Source: Polyangiales bacterium (lineage in GTDB: Bacteria; Myxococcota_A; Polyangia; Polyangiales; Houyiibacteriaceae). From it: 31,457 bases of DNA. Under the pieces are notes generated by a model that worked only from the letters and a program-made list of their open reading frames with translations, was not told the origin of the DNA and ran no database searches. This document shows positions 27,524 through 31,457 of this stretch, one piece after another; positions within the stretch are counted from its first letter, which is position 1, and each line of letters starts with the position of its first letter. Location: the NCBI GenBank assembly GCA_045106895.1, contig JBGCFM010000192.1, positions 1-31,457 of the forward strand, written 5' to 3'. The position numbers and the translations under genes were made by a program.

Positions 27524-28231
27524 ATGTGCCTCCGCCCCCTACGGCTCGTCGCCTTCGTCGCTCTCGGTGCGTGCGGGTCCATGCTTCCGCCGCCTTCGAC
27601 GGATCCTGTACCCACGCCGAGCCCAGAGAGCGCCTGGGTCGTGTTCTTCACGGACGACAACGAGCGATTCAACCCACTCTTGTCTGTACGCGACGAAGAA
27701 GGACAGCTCCTCGGGCGCGTTCGAGGTCGCAGCTGGTTTGCCGTGGAGCGCCCACCGGGCTTGCAGTGGTTCTTCGCCGGCGAAGTGTTTCACCTCTGCC
27801 ACGGGGATCCGTCGCGGGGCCGCTCCAGCGTCGGCGCCCTCAGCGCTGACCTCGAAGCCGGACGTGTCTATCTCGTCCGTGCAACGGCGTATCAGGGAAG
27901 GCGCCGCAGCATCGCCGAGAGATTCCGCGCCATGAACAGTGGCTGCTGCATGTCGGACGACGACGACGGAAGGCCCACTTTCCTCGACCTCATTGGGGTT
28001 CGGCCAGGCGGGAGCGAGTGGATCCGCGCCCTCGATGTTCTTCGCGAAGGCGTCCGATATAGCGCCGCGCCGCGCGGCCTTGAGGAGCGCAGCGTGTCGC
28101 AAATACCCGCACAGGGGCGCGCGCGTTTCGGCCACTGCATCGACGTCGAACGAAGTCAGCTCTCCGCCGAGGACGGCTCGCGCTTCTGGCCTCTGACCCC
28201 CGTCGATCCCTCCGATGCCCTCATATTCTAG
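27524..28231 (+). CDS. Lipoprotein, paralogue of the N-terminal domain of 24983..26044 (DUF2846-like)
   Basis: Lipobox LGAC; ESAWVVF, SWFAVERPPG.QWFF.G, VGAL.ADLE.G..Y.VRA, GVRY.AAPR.L.E and GRAR.G.C.D all shared. Confidence 0.72.
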   Translation: MCLRPLRLVAFVALGACGSMLPPPSTDPVPTPSPESAWVVFFTDDNERFNPLLSVRDEEGQLLGRVRGRSWFAVERPPGLQWFFAGEVFHLCHGDPSRGRSSVGALSADLEAGRVYLVRATAYQGRRRSIAERFRAMNSGCCMSDDDDGRPTFLDLIGVRPGGSEWIRALDVLREGVRYSAAPRGLEERSVSQIPAQGRARFGHCIDVERSQLSAEDGSRFWPLTPVDPSDALIF

Positions 28232-28237
28232 GCTGAT

Positions 28238-28268
28238 TTGCCGACTGGACACACATTCAGTATAGGGT
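28238..28268 (+). promoter_or_regulatory. Sigma70-like promoter of the topB-recQ fusion
   Basis: TTGCCG(28238-28243)-17 bp-TATAGG(28261-28266); overlapping TAGGGT ends 6 nt before the ATG. Confidence 0.5.
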
Positions 28269-28274
28269 AGCGGG

Positions 28275-31200
28275 ATGCCGACCCTCGTTCTCGCCGAAAA
28301 GCCCTCTGTCGCTCGTGATATCGCGGCCGTTCTGGGCGCGAGCGCCAAGCGAAACGGCTACCTTGAAGGCAACGGCTACAAGGTCACCTGGGCCGTGGGT
28401 CACCTTCTCGGTCTCGCGTCCCCCGAGACGATGCAGCCCGCGTGGAAACGCTGGAGCTTCCGAACCTTGCCCATGCTCCCTACGCGCTGGCAGCTGAGCC
28501 CGCGCGAGTCCGGCGAGAAGCAGCTTCGCGTCGTGCGCCAGCTCTTCGGCGACGCGGACACGAGAGACATCGTCAACGCGACGGACGCCGGGCGCGAAGG
28601 CGAGCTCATCTTTCGTTACATCTATGAGCATCTCCGCTGCCGCAAGCCCGTGAAGCGTTTGTGGATCTCGTCGCTGACTCCTGCGGCGATTCGTCAGGGC
28701 TTCTCGAAGCTCCGGCCCTCTGCGCACTTCGATGATCTCGCCGACGCCGCCAAGGCACGCAGCCGCGCGGACTGGCTCGTGGGGATGAACCTCTCGCGCG
28801 CCTACACCATCGGCTCCGACGAGACATACTCCGTCGGTCGCGTGCAGACGCCGACGCTCGCGATGCTCGTCGAGCGGGAGCTGTCCATTCGCGACTTCGT
28901 TCCGGAGTCCTACTCAGAAGTACGCGCGACCTTCAACACGGAAGTCGGCGAGTACACAGGTGTGTTCGTCGCGGAAAAAGCGGAACGCTTCGTGTCTGCA
29001 CGCCCCGGCGACGAAACCAAAAACCCGTGCCGCGTGGCTCGCCCCGAGTTCGCGGCGAAGGTCGCCGCGCGAGCCACAGAGGGGTTCGCTCAGCTCACGT
29101 CTGTCAAACGTCGCCTTCAGCGCATCCCATCCCCGCGCCTCTATGATCTGACGGACCTGCAGCGCCATGCCAACCGTCTCTACGGTTTCTCTGCGAAGCG
29201 GACCCTTGAACTCGCTCAAGAACTCTACGAGCGACACAAGCTCATCAGCTACCCACGAACGGACAGTCGTTACCTGAGCACGGACATCGCCAAAGTCCTC
29301 GACCCCATCGCCAGCGCCGTGGAGAGCTCCTACGCGGCGACGGCGCCGAACATGCGAATGCCGGATGGAAGCCTTCGTCCACTGACCAAGCGCTTCGTCG
29401 ATGACGCGCGCGTCACCGATCACCACGCCATTATTCCGACGGAAGCGTCGTGCAAACTCGCGACGTCGAGCGACGCGTTCAAAGTCTACGACTTGGTGTG
29501 CCGGCGTTTCCTCCAGGCCTGGCATGAAGACCACATTCAGGCCGTGACCAACGTCGTGACCACAGTCTCCGGCGCTGAAGATGAGGCTCCCTTCGAGGAC
29601 ACGTATCGGAGCCGCGGCACAAGCGTTGAGCAGGTCGGCTGGAAGGCCCTGGATGTGGGCGCTGGGAGAAAGTCTCGCCACGTGACACTCCCCGGCGGGC
29701 TAGTTGCGGAGATGCCAGCGAATGTCCAAGAGGCGAAGGTCCTCGAAAAGAAAACGCTAGCGCCGCGACGTTTCGATGACAGCACGCTGCTGACGGCGAT
29801 GGAGAGCGCAGGGAAGACGCTTGAGGACGAAGAGCTCGCAACGGCGATGAAAGAGAGCGGGCTCGGGACACCGGCGACGCGGGCCGGAACCATCGAGACG
29901 CTCATCGCGCGCGAGTACCTTGAGCGACACGGCAAGAAGGAACTCCGCGTGACGAGCAAAGGCGTCGCCCTCATCGCGCAGGTTCACCCGAGCGTGAAGA
30001 GCCCCGCGATGACCGGCGCGTGGGAGCTACGCCTCGCGCGCATGGCCAGCGGCGCCGAAGCCCTCGACACGTTCATGCACGAGATCGAAGCGCACGTGCG
30101 CAGCATCGTAGAAGAACTGCGAGGCGAAGATGGTTTCACCTCTCGTCCGGCTCTTCCAGACTCTGCTGGCTCCGGCGCCTCGCTCTGTGAAACGCGCCCA
30201 CAGACTCGCAACGCAGAGTTCAGCATCGAGCCTCGCGTCACGCGAGAACGCACCGCACCCAGCGAGCTCCCGGCGCTCCTCCGCGAGACATTCGGCTTCG
30301 ACTTTCGCCCGCATCAGAAGTCCATTTGCGAGACCGTCACCGAGGGCATCGACACCCTCGTCGTCATGCCAACGGGCGCCGGCAAGTCCCTCTGCTACCA
30401 GCTCCCGGGCATCGCGCGGGGCGGCACGACCATCGTCATCAGCCCTCTTGTCGCCCTCATCGAAGACCAGGTGTTGAAGCTGCAGGCCGCTGGACTGGTC
30501 GCGGAGCGCATTCACTCGGGCCGTACGCGCGTGCAGAGCCGCGAAGTGTGTCGCGCGTACCTCGATGGTCGCCTCGACTTCCTCTTCATTGCGCCGGAGC
30601 GCCTCGGCGTCCGCGGCTTTCCAAGCATGCTCGCCAAACGCCCGCCGACGCTCATCGCTATCGACGAGGCTCACTGCATTTCCGGGTGGGGGCACGACTT
30701 CCGGCCGGACTACCGCATGCTCAAAGAGCGGCTTACGGCGTTCCGGAGCGGGGCTCCCTTGGTGGCACTCACCGCGACGGCGACGCCCCTCGTTCAGAAG
30801 GACATCTGCGAGCAGCTCGGCTTGCATGGCGACGGAAAGGAAAACGGCGGCTCTAAGAACAAGGGGAAGAGCGAGTCGAAGCAGTTCATCTTGGGCTTCC
30901 GGCGGACAAACATCGGCGTTGAAGTCGTGGAAGTTCCGCGACCCGAACGCGGCGCGCAGGCCCGCGCCATCTTGGAGGGCGAAGGTCGTCTCCCGGCCAT
31001 CGTGTACGCTCCCACGCGAAAGACCGCGGAACAACACGCAGCGACCTTAGGCAAAAAGCTGCGGGCCGGCTTCTACCACGCGGGTATGAACGCTTCGGCA
31101 CGGAGCGAAGTACAGCAGCAGTTCATCGATGGTGACATCGACGCCGTTGTTGCCACCGTCGCCTTCGGCATGGGCAGCGACAAGGCCGACGTACGCACCG

Positions 31201-31457
31201 TCCTGCACATGGCACTCCCGGCGAGCCTCGAGGGCTACTACCAAGAGATCGGACGCGCCGGACGCGACGGGGAACAGAGCCGGGCGCTGTTGATGTACTC
31301 CTACGGCGACGTACGCACGCTGCAGTCTTTTCTGGATCGCGACTATCCGCCTGTCTCGAAGCTCGCCAAAGTGCACAAAGCCATCTGCACCGAATCGCTT
31401 TTGCGCGAGGACCTCATCGCCAGCGTCAACGCCAAGGACGAAGACGCGGAAGCGTGG
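28275..31457 (+). CDS. topB: DNA topoisomerase III fused in frame to a RecQ helicase (runs off the window, >1061 aa)
   Basis: Hand translation shows no stop. TopB motifs: LAEKPSVARDIA, ATDAGREGELI, SVGRVQTPTL, catalytic LISYPRTD (Tyr codon 29250), DHHAIIPT, GLGTPATRA. RecQ motifs: MPTGAGKSLCYQLP, DEAHCISGWGHDFRPDY, ALTATAT, YHAG, ATVAFGMG, YYQEIGRAGRDG. Confidence 0.93.
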   Translation, partial: MPTLVLAEKPSVARDIAAVLGASAKRNGYLEGNGYKVTWAVGHLLGLASPETMQPAWKRWSFRTLPMLPTRWQLSPRESGEKQLRVVRQLFGDADTRDIVNATDAGREGELIFRYIYEHLRCRKPVKRLWISSLTPAAIRQGFSKLRPSAHFDDLADAAKARSRADWLVGMNLSRAYTIGSDETYSVGRVQTPTLAMLVERELSIRDFVPESYSEVRATFNTEVGEYTGVFVAEKAERFVSARPGDETKNPCRVARPEFAAKVAARATEGFAQLTSVKRRLQRIPSPRLYDLTDLQRHANRLYGFSAKRTLELAQELYERHKLISYPRTDSRYLSTDIAKVLDPIASAVESSYAATAPNMRMPDGSLRPLTKRFVDDARVTDHHAIIPTEASCKLATSSDAFKVYDLVCRRFLQAWHEDHIQAVTNVVTTVSGAEDEAPFEDTYRSRGTSVEQVGWKALDVGAGRKSRHVTLPGGLVAEMPANVQEAKVLEKKTLAPRRFDDSTLLTAMESAGKTLEDEELATAMKESGLGTPATRAGTIETLIAREYLERHGKKELRVTSKGVALIAQVHPSVKSPAMTGAWELRLARMASGAEALDTFMHEIEAHVRSIVEELRGEDGFTSRPALPDSAGSGASLCETRPQTRNAEFSIEPRVTRERTAPSELPALLRETFGFDFRPHQKSICETVTEGIDTLVVMPTGAGKSLCYQLPGIARGGTTIVISPLVALIEDQVLKLQAAGLVAERIHSGRTRVQSREVCRAYLDGRLDFLFIAPERLGVRGFPSMLAKRPPTLIAIDEAHCISGWGHDFRPDYRMLKERLTAFRSGAPLVALTATATPLVQKDICEQLGLHGDGKENGGSKNKGKSESKQFILGFRRTNIGVEVVEVPRPERGAQARAILEGEGRLPAIVYAPTRKTAEQHAATLGKKLRAGFYHAGMNASARSEVQQQFIDGDIDAVVATVAFGMGSDKADVRTVLHMALPASLEGYYQEIGRAGRDGEQSRALLMYSYGDVRTLQSFLDRDYPPVSKLAKVHKAICTESLLREDLIASVNAKDEDAEAW

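Noticed and set aside
28914..31376. Minus-strand ORFs 28914..29681, 30027..31037 and 31047..31376
   Set aside because: Antisense to the continuous TopB-RecQ frame, which carries all conserved motifs
28275..31457. Reverse gyrase
   Set aside because: Domain order is topoisomerase then helicase, the helicase has RecQ-specific motifs (CYQLP, WGHDFRP), and there is no N-terminal Zn finger
1..31457. Mobile elements, prophage, CRISPR array, rRNA or tRNA
   Set aside because: No transposase, integrase or phage motifs, no regularly spaced direct repeats and no RNA-gene signatures found by eye

Overview
GC-rich bacterial chromosomal window, probably from a myxobacterium (Myxococcota). This is inferred from the Cys-rich PPC-repeat lipoprotein, the ECF-FecR-TPR cassette and the general gene style. 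The left part holds a surface-polysaccharide and tailoring region: a CE4 deacetylase, a stand-alone DltA-like adenylation enzyme with its carrier protein, an AurF-like diiron oxygenase, a GNAT-like protein and a 2OG-Fe(II) oxygenase. Wzx, Wzy/O-antigen-ligase-like and GT4 genes follow further right. These are interleaved with a HlyD/ABC-2/TetR efflux unit, a Kef-type antiporter, an MBL hydrolase and DoxX. The right part holds an ECF sigma / FecR anti-sigma / putative outer-membrane protein cassette flanked by domain-shuffled lipoproteins, nhaR with an HPF/RaiA-like gene, and one uninterrupted ORF missing from the supplied track (28275 to window end) that fuses DNA topoisomerase III in frame to a RecQ helicase. 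The most notable items are the TopoIII-RecQ fusion, the Dlt-like carrier-protein pathway with an AurF-type oxygenase beside EPS genes, and a shared Cys-rich domain linking the ECF cassette to a neighbouring lipoprotein. Several genes also look leaderless, and there are two structured intergenic RNA candidates. No rRNA, tRNA, CRISPR array or transposase was seen. All family calls come from motif recognition by eye; no database searches were run.
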